In this document: piece by piece, positions 1 to 11,226 of the stretch
Layout: the number at the start of each line of letters is the position of its first letter
Numbering within the stretch: the first letter of the stretch is position 1
Assembly: GCA_951406725.2 (NCBI GenBank)
Contig: OX597817.1
Coordinates: 99,882,001 to 99,946,000, forward strand
Origin: Octopus vulgaris
Taxonomy: Eukaryota
DNA length: 64,000 nt
Direction of reading: 5' to 3'
The notes under the pieces: generated by a model
Database searches by the model: none
What the model was told of the DNA's origin: nothing
Seen by the model: only the letters and a program-made list of their open reading frames with translations
Translations under genes and position numbers: made by a program

Positions 1-156
1 AAGATATAATTCTATAGAAACTTTTCAAATAGCATTTATATAAAATTATTTTTATCCTCACTACATAAAAAATTATACTTATACCTGTGAATTTCTTTAT
101 CGTTATTGTATCATATTATTATTGATTGGAAACAGGCATCCTGCTTCTGAAAATAT

Positions 157-1390
157 ATTACATAGAAAAATGCAAGCAAGGGAAATAGTATTCTTGAGAT
201 TATAAACCTAGAAAATTACAGGACAAGTTATTACACTTGGAAAAGTTCAGGACAACTTTATTACATCTGGTAAAGTACAAAACAAGAAATTTTTTACTTA
301 AAATATTGCAGCTAAGGATAAAATTTCAAATAGAACATTTAGATTTAGAAAATATTAGCTTTTATTAAAACTAAAAATTCTATTACAAGTTATTATTTCT
401 ATTTGTTATAACTTGTTACTTTTATTAAAAATAAAAAATAAGTCAAAATATTTTTTGCAATTTTTTTTTTAATTATTAATTAGAAATTTGAAAATAGGTT
501 ATAAAAAATAATAGTAGTACATAACTATTTAGAACAATAAATAAAATAATACAAAAATTAGTTAGAATAGGCGCAGGAGTGGCTGTGTGGTAAGTAGCTT
601 ACTTACCAACCGCCATGGTTCCAGGTTCAGTCCTACTGCATGGCACCTTGGGCAAGTGTCTTCTACTATAGCCTCGGGTCAACCAAAGCCTTGTGAGTGG
701 ATTTGGTAGCCAGAAATTGAAAGAAGCTCGTCATATATATATATATATGTATGTATATATATGTTTGTGTGCCTGTGTTTGTCCCCCCAACATCGCTTAA
801 CAACCGATGCTGGTGTGTTTACATGCCCGTAGCTTAGCGGTTCGGCAAAAGAGACTAATAGAATGAGTACTAGGCTTACAAAGACTAAGTCCTGGAGTTG
901 ATTTGTTCAACTAAAGGTGGTGACACAAGTAAAAGAATAAAAGATTTACAGTAAAATCTACCTATAACAACAAATTCACAGTAAAATTTGCTCGAGTTAT
1001 TGCCAAGTTTCCACATTTTTAATCTTGACCCAATGCCTATTTTTTACATAATGAATTTGCCTGCCATATATACTATTCTACTTTGCAGAGAACTTCAGTT
1101 ATATTGGTACTTCTGGCTCTCATTTGTTAAGTATTCTAGTGTGTCAATATTTTAATAAAATGATGGTACCTTTTTTTATTATAATGTTACTTTGTAAATT
1201 AAAATCAAATAATTTTTAATATTCAAGTTTTATCCTTAGCTGCAATATTTTAAGTAAAAATTTTCTGTACTTTACTAGATGTAATAAGTTGTTCCAAACT
1301 TTTCCAAGTGTAATAACTTGTCCTGTGATTTTCCAGGTTTATAATCTTTAGAATATTATTTCTCTTGCTCACATTTTTCCATGTAATCCA
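157..1390. repeat. Diverged ~180-bp inverted repeat pair (about 157-335 and 1215-1390) enclosing a SINE
   Basis: tttttacttaaaatattgcagctaaggataaa (~291-322) is the reverse complement of tttatccttagctgcaatattttaagtaaaaa (~1228-1260); similarity extends through ggacaagttattacacttggaaaag / cttttccaagtgtaataacttgtcc. Confidence 0.8.
570..944 (+). mobile_element. tRNA-derived SINE (octopus-type), full length
   Basis: GGCGCAGGAGTGGCTGTGTGGTAAG head with A-box-like and B-box-like (GGTTCAGTCC) motifs, internal TA/TG microsatellite, A-rich tail; same family at 36233-36620 (-) and as fragments elsewhere in the window. Confidence 0.85.
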
Positions 1391-1474
1391 TGTTTTTTCC
1401 AGGCTATGCTATTATGCTAATTAATAATGTATTAAATGTGTTAATTAGCGGTGTCGTTGATAACCATGTGTTCA

Positions 1475-1850
1475 CTAACATGCTCCCACCTTTTGGAGGG
1501 TTCAGAATTCCACTTTAAACAAGGTGAAATATTTAAGATCAAATCAAATTTCACCTGTGCCTCGGAAAAATCTAATCTATGCCATTACATGCTTAGGGTG
1601 TGGTAACAATTATATTGGCCAAACAGGAATATCACTCCGTCGAAGAACCACTCTTCACAAAGAACAAATCCACCACCCACAATACAGACAGTTACAGGTT
1701 AGTGAACAAATAGAAAGGTGTGTTAGGAATCTTAATCCTAATTTCCAAATTTTTCCCCTTCTATCAATGTTCACAGAACACCTCAGTGCAACAAAGAATG
1801 AATAAAGAGGCAACTTTCATCAATAAATATGTTCCCCAACTCAATATGAA
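1475..1850 (+). mobile_element. Penelope-like element GIY-YIG endonuclease C-terminal remnant (frameshifted)
   Basis: Translation ...EGSEFHFKQGEIFKIKSNFTCAS / NLIYAITCLGCGNNYIGQTG...LRRRTTLHKEQI...SEQIERC: LIY-x-CxxC-YIGQTG motif typical of PLE endonucleases. Confidence 0.85.
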
Positions 1851-2385
1851 CACACAACATAATACAGAACACTACTAACCTTTCAATTAATACCACTAGC
1901 CCCTATACATCCCATACACCATTCACATTACAGATCTATATCTACTCTAATTGCACCAAATCCAGAACAACTTACCTCCCTTACACATAATCTTTTCTTT
2001 CAGGGACTAATAGACCTGACACCTCTCATTAATCAGTATGCATTCAAAGCAATGATTAGTAATTTACAAAAGCGGTATGCTTTTAAATCTCTTTAACAAT
2101 TCACAATAATGACTTTTATTCCAACCTCAGTTCATCTAATTGTATATATCTATCGTTACTTTTCATAAAAAGCCTTTACTTTTTTTTATTTCCAATGTGC
2201 ATTTTCGCTTAATTTTCTTCTTACCCCCCCCCATATATATATATATATATATAGACACCTACACACATATTTTTCTATAAACAAAACCAATATATGAGTA
2301 TATATACTCATATTGATATGTATATATAAATACATATCAATTTGAAATACATGAATTAATGACCAAAGCATTTAATTTTATTTCA

Positions 2386-3601
2386 TCCTTTCATTACTAT
2401 ATTTCTCAAAGTACATCCCTTGTGTGTTTCAATTAAATTCTATTATGAATTTAGACTGGGTTCATAAAACAACTCTTTTTTTATTTATCAATATACCAAT
2501 GTGATTTTTGGAACAATTTAACAAAAGGTTCTTAACCAAATCTATTCCATATTTAAAAAAAAATTTTTCACAATTAAATACAGGTAAATTCAACAAAATA
2601 TAAAATTATTAAGCATAGAAAATTAGCTAATATTCAATGAGTATAAAACAAAATTTTAATACAGAGGAATTGTGCAAATTACTGGATTATCTACCAGTCC
2701 AAATTAATGCAAATATGACAGGTGTATCATAAAGGTAAAACAAAATGACAATGATGTACCATAAAGGAAAAATAGAACAAAATACTAGACTTTGTCTTTG
2801 AAGAAAACTAGGAAATGAAATGCATGCTATCAACTAAATGAAATAAACTCACACATATACATAAATACACAGAAACATATAATAATGATTCCCAATCCAA
2901 ATTAATTAAACTCTGTTGTGCATCTTACAGATAAATAAAAAATAAAAATGAGGTAAATTAAAAAAAATATTCACAAATTAAATTTTTACACACACACAAT
3001 ATTCTAAAATTGCTTGGATTTCTAACTTTCTTCTAAGTACGTGGAAAACCTCAAACTATTTGTTTAACTCTTTGAAACAATTCATCTTCGCAGTAATCAC
3101 TCCAAAGGAATAAAATTTAAAAAAATAATCCAACAGTTTTGTTTCCCGAGAAAGACTGTGGCTAAGTCTAATATCTTCCTAAAAATAAGAAAAACAGTTT
3201 TTAAATCCTTGCTATAATCAGGTACAAATTCATTTTTTCTCATCACTATTGGAACTGTTGTCAGAATCATTTAACTTTCAGAAAAAGTAATATCCAATTC
3301 ATAATTACATACATGGTCTTTGTTTGCCATATATTTTCTTACACTTTTCTATGTCTCCTTTCAAAAATACTTAAAATTTAAACTCACTGCATGGCAACAT
3401 GAAACTGGTATCCATCTTTCATCCATAGTGAAACATTTCAAAAAATCTAAAAATTCAACTCAACTGTTTACATAGTGAAACTGCATATTTTCACAAATGT
3501 ACTGAGATTAGCACTGAAATTCTCATTAAAATATGAATAGGTCTTTTGGCTGGTTTAGTAATATTAAACATTTTTTTTCAGGCAGTTTAGTAACAAAAGG
3601 G
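2386..3601 (-). mobile_element. Old, degenerate copy of the non-autonomous piggyBac element
   Basis: Left end TCCTTTCATTAC and right end GTAACAAAAGGG|TTAA resemble the CCCTTTCGTTAC TIR of 30629-31711; internal sequence is collinear with that copy. Confidence 0.7.
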
Positions 3602-3649
3602 TTAAACTATAGATATATAAGAACAAGGTCATCAGCCTAGAGAAGCTCC

Positions 3650-3975
3650 CATGGGCAACCAGTTTTAAATTCCTGTTATGTCTTGGAGGATTATGAGAAA
3701 CAAGAAGAGACTGAGAACTGAGCCTTGATGAACTCCTACCTAAACATTGAATTCACCATGATACTTATTGCAAACTTTTGCCATACTAACAGTATCACTG
3801 TACAAGGGTTGGACAGCTCTCACCAGCCACTCATCTACCTCAAGCTTCAGCAAGTGAGGAAGCAAGGGACCCTATCAAAGGCATCCTCCATGTTGACAAA
3901 TGCCAAGTACAGCAGCTTATATTTGGCTAAATGCTTCTCTTGCAGTTTCCTTACTATGAAGATAGCATGTATTGA
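3650..3975 (-). mobile_element. RTE LINE RT fragment
   Basis: AIFIVRKLQEKHLAKYKLLYLAFVNMEDAFDRVP matches AIFLVRQLQEKYLAKDKPLYIAFVDLEKAFDRVP of the 54615-56894 ORF. Confidence 0.8.
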
Positions 3976-4006
3976 AAAAGGAACACAGAAAACAGTCAGT
4001 ATTAAT

Positions 4007-4322
4007 ACAGTTCTATATTTAAGAGATGAGGAATTATGTACATTATTTACATTTGACATATTTGACCTCATCTCGTTTGTTGTTAACACAACGTTTCAGC
4101 TAATATGCCCTCCAGCAATGGTGGGGGAGAGGACACACAAACACAGACACATAAACAGTAACAATAATAATAATAACAACAACATCAAAAAATACTTTAG
4201 GAATGTGAAACCAGGTTCGAAATTTCCCCCAAGACACCTGAAGAAGGCTGGAGGGTATATCAGCTGAAACATTGTATTAACAACAAACAAGATGAAGACA
4301 AATATCCGTCGAATGTATATAT
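4007..4322 (+). mobile_element. Short Penelope-type insertion: inverted pLTR fragment plus pLTR with hammerhead motif, flanked by a 13-bp target-site duplication
   Basis: About 4050-4116 is the reverse complement of 4247-4315; AGTCAGTATTAAT is repeated at 3994-4006 and 4323-4335. Confidence 0.7.
4233..4278 (+). ncRNA. Minimal type-I hammerhead ribozyme motif (decayed copy)
   Basis: GACAC-CTGAAGA-A-GGCTG-(10 nt)-CAGCT-GAAAC-ATT-GTATT; the inverted copy near 4085-4098 preserves GAAACGTT-GTGTT, which pairs with GACAC. Confidence 0.65.
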
Positions 4323-4467
4323 AGTCAGTATTAATGCTTTTTCACATGTTTCATGAGATCGGCAGACAGCAACTATGTGAACATAAAACTCACTTACTGC
4401 CACTCATCGTCATCATCATCATTAGTTGGTGTGTGTATATATGTATATATTTTTTTTTTCTGTGTCC

Positions 4468-4503
4468 CTTTCTGTAGAAGAGCGTAGGCTCGAAACGTAA
4501 AAG
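4468..4503 (+). ncRNA. Hammerhead-like motif with variant core CUGUAGA
   Basis: CTTT-CTGTAGA-A-GAGC-GTAG-GCTC-GAAAC-GTA-AAAG: stem I, perfect stem II, palindromic ACGT stem III and GUA triplet; part of a short repeat 4460-4595 with a second copy at 8150-8280. Confidence 0.55.
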
Positions 4504-4590
4504 ACTTTTTCTATTCCTGAGTGTTATACTAATACATCTGTTTGTTTTGTACACCACCTGTCTTCATCTTTTGTTTTTTTCATAAACTCT

Positions 4591-4631
<41 letters not shown>

Positions 4632-4697
4632 GGTCCCGGGTTGATTCGGGGTTAACCACAGTAAATAAGGTACTCAATACATAGCAGAGTAAAATTA

Positions 4698-4812
4698 ATT
4701 TATTATATAGAAGGAGCTTCTACAGGACTAGAACTGTTTCATTCAAGAGAAATCATCGATTTCTCTTGAATGAAACAGTTCTAGTCCTGTAGAAGCTCCT
4801 TCTATATAATAA

Positions 4813-4814
<2 letters not shown>
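4698..4814. repeat. Perfect 57-bp-arm hairpin palindrome with 3-nt loop
   Basis: 4698-4754 is the exact reverse complement of 4758-4814; loop ATC. Confidence 0.95.
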
Positions 4815-4855
<41 letters not shown>

Positions 4856-4857
4856 TA

Positions 4858-6157
4858 CGGGGTGTGATGCGTAAATTGTTGCCATTTTATATTTTTAATT
4901 TCACACATGCCCATTGTTTGCTTTTGATCTTGTTGACTACACAGTATAGTAGGGTCCGTTGGGCACCATCTGTGAGAAAAACAGCACCATGACACAATTC
5001 ACTCTGCCAGAAATTTGGAAACAACATTTCAGGGTGTTTGGGTGTCAATCTGAGGACAGGGCAGGATTCAGAAAGAGCTGGATGAGTCTAATGGTGATTA
5101 TGAAGGTATGGCAGCTTGGGAAACTCACTCTGATCATTCTGATAAGAAAAGAACTCCCAAATTTGTAAGTAAGATCCAGGCCATGATTGACAATGATTTT
5201 TCCAAGTCAATCAGGACCATTGCCAAAGACATGGTAGTGTCTGAGTTTCTAATCAGGCAAGTAGTGCATGAAGACATTTGGTATTACTCATACAAAATGA
5301 GAAAGGACCAATTTTGATCCCAAACCATCAAGAACAATAGGAGAGATCGTGCTACAAATCATTTTAACAAAATGAAGCATCCCCTCCAACAGAACAGACT
5401 TTGGTTTTTCCCAGATGAGAAAAATTTCTGCCAGGATCAAATGGTGAACACACAGAACAACTGTTGGCTTGCCGTGTCCTCAAAACGTGTAACGAGAGTG
5501 ATAAAAATCAAACATCCAATCAACATTACTAGTGATGGTGATGTTATGCCTTCACTCATCTTCCCACCTAGCCTCAAACTCAACATCATGATGTTTGGAG
5601 TTATCGCTAGTGTTGCCAATATTATGCCTCAATTCATCTTCCCGCACAGCCACAGACCCAACATGGAGGCCTACATCAAGTGCCTGAAGAACGTAGCGCT
5701 GCCCTAGGTCAAGAGGGTGGCTACCGGAAGACCTTATGTCTGGCAACAGGACTCTGCACCATACCACACAAGCTGCAGAACCCAGTCATCGCTGTCAGAC
5801 AATTTCTGCAACCACATCACCCCTAACAGTTGGCCACCTAACTCCCTAAACTTGATTATTATGTGTGGGGCGCAGCTGAGCAAGAGACCAACAAAACTCC
5901 TTGTAACACCAAAGATGAACTGAGGGCAACTATTATAGCAGTATCCACCAACTTAAACAAGTAAACCATCCAGAAGAGTTGCAGGAGATTCTGAAGAGGC
6001 TGTGATTGAAGCCAATGGCGATTTTGTTGATTAAATTCACTCTTTAATATTTCAAGATATTTTTATGTAATTTTGGTAAATATATCTGTTAAAATGAGAT
6101 GTCAGTGTTATTTTCATTTTTGCATAATTTAGATGACAATTTATTCACTGCACTCTG
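4858..6157 (+). mobile_element. Tc1/mariner superfamily transposon, maT (DD37D)-like, degenerate
   Basis: TA|CGGGGTGTGATGCGTAAATTGT and a degenerate inverted counterpart ending at 6157; broken ORFs with WFFPDEKNF, YVWQQDSAPYH, WPPNS and LDYYVWG; spacing compatible with DD37D once the small deletion before LDY is restored; internal ~70-bp duplication near 5520-5660. Confidence 0.8.
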
Positions 6158-6172
6158 CATAAATATATATAT

Positions 6173-6360
6173 TCTTTTACTTGTTTCAGCCATGCTGGAG
6201 CACTGCTTTTAGTCAAACAAACTGACCCCAGGACTTATTCTTTGTAAGCCAAGTACTTATTCTATTGATCTCTTTTGCCAAACTGCTAAGTTACAGGAAC
6301 GTAAACACACCAACATCAGTTGTCAAGCGATGGTGGTGGAGGGACAAACAGACACATAAA
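6173..6360 (-). mobile_element. SINE 3' half (same family as 570-944)
   Basis: Reverse complement of the gtgtttgtcc...ggcaaaagagac...acaagtaaaaga segment. Confidence 0.8.
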
Positions 6361-7450
6361 CACACACACACACATATATATATATACATACATATGTGTG
6401 TGTGTACGCCTATATGTATTTGTATGTGTGTACATATATATACATACACAAATACATGTTCAGTGGGCCTGTCTATATTTGTGTGTATGTGAGAGTTTGT
6501 TTCCAAGTATATGTGTCTGTGCCCATCAGTGTGTGTGTCAGTGTACGCAAGTGTGTATGTGTGTGTCTCCCTGTGTGCCTGCATCCCACCCTGGAGTATA
6601 TATACAGTTGTGTATCTATGTATATGTGCTTATCTGTGTGGATATGTACACATAGGTATATCTCTCTGTGTTTATGTATACATTTACATCTGTATATGGG
6701 TTTGCATGCTGGTGTACATATTCCTATGGGTGTAAGTATGTATGCATTTGTATATACTTTACCTTACCTGTATAATTGTATATAGCTTGGATTTACCCTG
6801 TCCAACCTCTATTTTACCACAAATGTGTGTGAATATATATCCAGGTATATATGTGGGTGTATATATGTGTATACATGTAAATATGTGTGTGCGTATACAT
6901 ATTTATAGGTGTATGCACATTTGTGTGAGTATGTTTATGTATGTATTTCTGTGTGTATGTGTAGGTACATGTATGTGTTTTTGTGTGTATATGTAGGTAC
7001 ATTTATGTATGTCTGTGTATGTGTATGTGTAGGTACATGTATATATACCTTTATATGTGTGTGTGTGTATAGGTGTTTTGATACATATGTTTATTTGTAA
7101 GCATGTATGAACATGTGTATGTATATATGCATCGATGCAGATATTTATGTGTTTATGTATCTATGTATGTATGCTTGTGTGTATGCATGTATATGTATAT
7201 GATTTTGTATAGATGTACTGACATACCAATACAATTGTGTGGGTGTCTCTCCATATCTGTGCATGTATGGATTTATACATAAATATATGTGTGGATGCAA
7301 GTATACATATAAGTTGTGTGTGTGTGCATGTGTGTGTCTATGGGTATTTTTTGTTGTGTGTGTGTGTGTGTTGTGCACTTGGGTGTATCTCTGTCCCCTT
7401 GGTTTTATATACATGTGTGTGTATCTATGTGTACATTTATGTATGTATGT
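6361..7450. repeat. Degenerate (TG/TA)n microsatellite tract
   Basis: Direct inspection. Confidence 0.9.
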
Positions 7451-8156
7451 TGTCTTTTACTATTACTGCTTGTACTTCTCTCCCAGTGCCAATTCACTCT
7501 AATGTCATAAATTTTAGGTCCCCATACAACATTCATCTTTAACATCCTAACCCTTTGACTCCAAAAAGCATCTAGTTATCTATTTAATAAATCTTTCACG
7601 TTAAGTTGTCGCAATCTAATGTCCTTCAGAGGAATCTTGGTAACACTGGCCCTGCAAGTACTGGTTTACACCCCACCTTTGGCTTTTTCTTCTTTCCCTT
7701 CTTCTTCTACTTCCTTTCCTTCTACTTCTTCAGTTTCTTCTCTTTTGCCTTCCTCCCTCCTATTCTTATACATATTCACCCTCTTCATTCCCCCATTACA
7801 ACATAATTTCTTCCCCAACCCATCCTGCATACACACTTTTTAATTTTTTCCTTTTTAGCTCCTCTGGATACTTTCAGAACAAGGTCTGATAGACGCACAA
7901 TGTAATAGCATGACTTTGATACAAGTCTGAGGATGTGCCTTTCCAATGCCTAAAACCCACATATATTACGTAAATTTTTCTTTTAGAAGTTTCACGTTAG
8001 CTGTCGTTGCAAATGGAGATGCTACAGAAACATATGAAACTTATTATGAAAGAAAGATGTGCTAAAGAATTTTCTTTGTCTTTTTCATTGGTACACACAC
8101 ACACATATATATATATATATACACATGCAAACCTTTGCCTGTTTATTTCTATGTTC

Positions 8157-8192
8157 CTTTCTGTCGAAGAGTGCAGGCTCGAAATGTAAAAG
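8157..8192 (+). ncRNA. Hammerhead-like motif with variant core CUGUCGA (second copy)
   Basis: CTTT-CTGTCGA-A-GAGT-GCAG-GCTC-GAAAT-GTA-AAAG; homologous to 4468-4503. Confidence 0.5.
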
Positions 8193-8394
8193 ACTTTCTC
8201 ACTTCCCAAGCGTTAAACTAATACATCTGTTTGTTGTTTACACACCCGTATTCGTCTTTTGTTTTTCTGTAAATTCTCACTATATATATATATATATGAA
8301 GTTAATCCAAACAAGAAAACAAAAAGACAACAACGCGAGGATGTAGAACAAATAAAGTATTATTGGACGCTCAGGAAAGAAGGGAAGAAGGAGG

Positions 8395-8429
8395 GTATGA
8401 CGTTTCAAGCAGAGCTCTTCATCGGAAAC
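8395..8429 (-). ncRNA. Minimal type-I hammerhead motif with CCGAUGA core
   Basis: Minus strand reads GTTT-CCGATGA-A-GAGC-TCT-GCTT-GAAAC-GTC-ATAC, with a GUC cleavage triplet. Confidence 0.6.
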
Positions 8430-9212
8430 ATAGGAGAAAGAAAGATCCCGAGACAGGAGGACAGAGGAAAAAAAAATTGCAGGTAGTCTTCACGAGGTCA
8501 CATACTAAAAAGACGGAAGTGGTAAAAAAGGAGGAAAATGTTTTTAAAAACAGGAGAGCTGAATCAAAGAAGGAATGGTAAAATGGCTAGTAGCAGGCAG
8601 TAGTAGAATTAAAGGAGTGATGTGGGGGTACCCTAGCAAGTCAGAAAGGCAGGTCAGAAACAGGGAGGTATGTGTGTGTGCGTGTATATGTATTGTGCGT
8701 GTTTTGTTGTAGTATGTGTGTGTGTACGTGTGCGTTTTTTTGTGTGTATGGCGAGTAACTGTGCTTAACTAAGTGTGTGTGTGCTTGTACGTGTGTATAT
8801 AATTGTGTGCGTGTATGTATGGTTGTGTGCCATATGGGATGTATGTGTGGGTTCATGTGTGTGCGTTTGTATGTGTGTGTGTAAGCGTAAATGGATGTAT
8901 ATGCGTGTATCTGTGGGGTGTGAGTTTCTTGTTGCGCGTGTGCATGCGTATGTGTGCACATGTTTTGGCGTGCGTATGTATGTGTGTGTCTGTGTATGTG
9001 TGCGTGCGCGTGGAGGTATATGTTGTGTGTATGTATTTGTGTCGGTGTGTATGTGAATTAGTGTGCGTGTGTATGTGTGTGTGCGTGTATTGTATATATA
9101 TGTAAATGTGGGTGTGTACGTGCGTGGGAGTGAATGTATGTATGTATGTGCGTCTGTGTACAAATTTAGGGGTTTATATGTGTGTTTATATGTTTATATG
9201 TATGTATATATA

Positions 9213-9499
9213 TGCATGCAAGGACACACTTCGCAACTGAAAGACTGATGGAAAAGACTCTTGCGGTGAAGGGCGCATGCGAATCCCCAGACGTACGCCT
9301 GAAATAAAGCCAGACCCCACAGGCATGCGTGCATGCATGTATGTATATGTGCGTGCGCACACGCATGCGTGTGTGTGCGTGTGCATGCGAGTGTGTATGT
9401 ACGTATGTGTGTGTGTATGTATGTATGTATGTGTGAGTGTGTATGTCTGTGTGGGTATATGTGTATGTGCGTGTATGTATGTGTGTATGTATGTATGTA

Positions 9500-9550
<51 letters not shown>

Positions 9551-9930
9551 ATGTATGTGCGTATGTATGTGTGTGTGTATGTATGTGTGAGTGTATGTAT
9601 GTATGTATGTGCGTATGTATGTGTGTGTGTATGTATGTGTGAGTGTATAGGTGTATGTCTGTATGTATGTATGTCTTGTGTATGTATGTATGTGTGTGTG
9701 TATGTGTGTGTGTATGTATGTATGTGTGTGTGTGTGCGTGCGTGCATGCATGTATGTGTGTATGTGTGTGTACACACACACACACACGAACGCACACACA
9801 CACAACACACAACGCACGCATATGGGGCCAGCTGCACCCCAGGCGCGCGCCCGCGGACTCACAATCACCCACACCAAAAAAACCGAACTCCATCAATCCC
9901 TCAACTAAAAAGCGTGCGCCTGGATACAAA
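9213..9930. repeat. Imperfect inverted repeat (9213-9330 vs 9812-9930) around a GT/CA microsatellite
   Basis: Hand alignment: gtggggtctggctttatttcaggcgtacg vs atggggccagctgcaccccaggcgcgcg; tccatcagtctttcagttg vs tccatcaatccctcaacta. Confidence 0.75.
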
Positions 9931-9932
9931 TA

Positions 9933-11226
9933 CGAGGGACGTTCAATAAGTAATGCCCCTGACCCACTTGCAGTTGTTTGATCTAGCTGAAAGTTTGCAT
10001 GTGCAATTATTTATATCTCTATAGAGTAAGTGGCAAATTACAGCTCTGAACTAATTGATGTTTCTGATCTACAGGTGTTTGAATTGAGTCAAGTGTGAAA
10101 TGGAGCCTGTTGAGTGTCGAGCGGTTATCCGGTTTTTGTATTTGAAAGGACGCACACCACGGGAGGATTTTGATGAAATGAAAGTAACTTATGGTGATGA
10201 TGCCCCATCATATGACCTTGTAAAACGCTGGCATCGTGAATTCAAACATGGTCGGAACTCTGTGGAAATAGCTCCCAGATCTGGTCGCCGCCCCCTTCTG
10301 CCATTGATGAGGCATCTGTCCGTCAAGTTGAGGCTGCCATTTTGGAAGATCGACGCATAACTATTCGCCAAATAGCCCATGAGGTCAAGATTAGTACCGG
10401 GTCTGTGGAAACTATCATTCATGACCATTTGCATATGCAAAACGTGTCTGCCAGATGGATTCCCAGGTTGCTCACACCTTTCCAGAAGCAAGAACGCATC
10501 GAGTGCTCGAAGATGAATTTGGAGATGTGCCAAGAAGATGAGTCAAAATTTTTCAAAAGTCTGATTACACAGGAGGAAACCTGGGTCCATCACTATGATC
10601 CAGAGACCAAAGCCCAGTCAATGCAGTGGAAGCACCGTGACTCACTTCCTCCAAAGAAGGCAAGGGTGCAGCCCTCCGCTGGCAAGGTCATGCTCACAGT
10701 CTTCTGGGACCAGGACAGAGTAGTGATGACAGATTTCCTTGAAAGGGTACCACAATTACAGGAGCCTATTATGCTTCACTTTTGAGGAAATTAAGAGAAG
10801 CTATCAAAGTCAAGAGGCAGAGCAAGATCAGCAAAGGCATCCTCCTCCTGCAGGACAATGCTCTGGTCCACAACTCGTGTGTCGCCAGATCAGAAGCACA
10901 GGCATGCAGCTATGAATTCCTCCCCCATCCCCCCTACTCTCCTGACCTTGCACCCTCTGATTTTCACCTATTCCCAGCCATGAAGTTGTTTTTGAAAGGA
11001 AAGCGTTTCCTAGATGATGCAGCCTTGATTTCTGAAGTCACGTCGTGGTTGGAGGACCAAGCTGGGGTCTTCTACAAAAATGGTCTCCAGAGCTGCATCA
11101 AACGATGGGAGAAATGCGTAACTCTGGGGTGTTCCTATGTACAAAAAGACTAATAACTGTGCCAAGTTTCGTTGCTCTACTTCTATGGGAAGTGGGTCAG
11201 GGGCATTACTTATTGAACGCCCCTCG
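9933..11226 (+). mobile_element. Full-length mariner (DD34D) transposon; transposase pseudogene at 10100-11153 with two frameshifts
   Basis: TA TSDs; 37-bp TIR CGAGGG(A/G)CGTTCAATAAGTAATGCCCCTGACCCACTT with one mismatch; motifs WIPRLL, ITQEETW (first catalytic D appears as E), LQDNA, HPPYSPDLAPSDF. Confidence 0.95.

Noticed and set aside
570-645. tRNA gene
   Set aside because: A/B boxes belong to a multicopy SINE head; no complete cloverleaf
3725-4267. 180-aa plus-strand ORF
   Set aside because: Spans an antisense RTE fragment and a pLTR insertion; chance open frame
10100-11153. Functional or domesticated (SETMAR-like) transposase
   Set aside because: Two frameshifts, an altered first catalytic Asp and intact TIRs indicate a dead transposon copy
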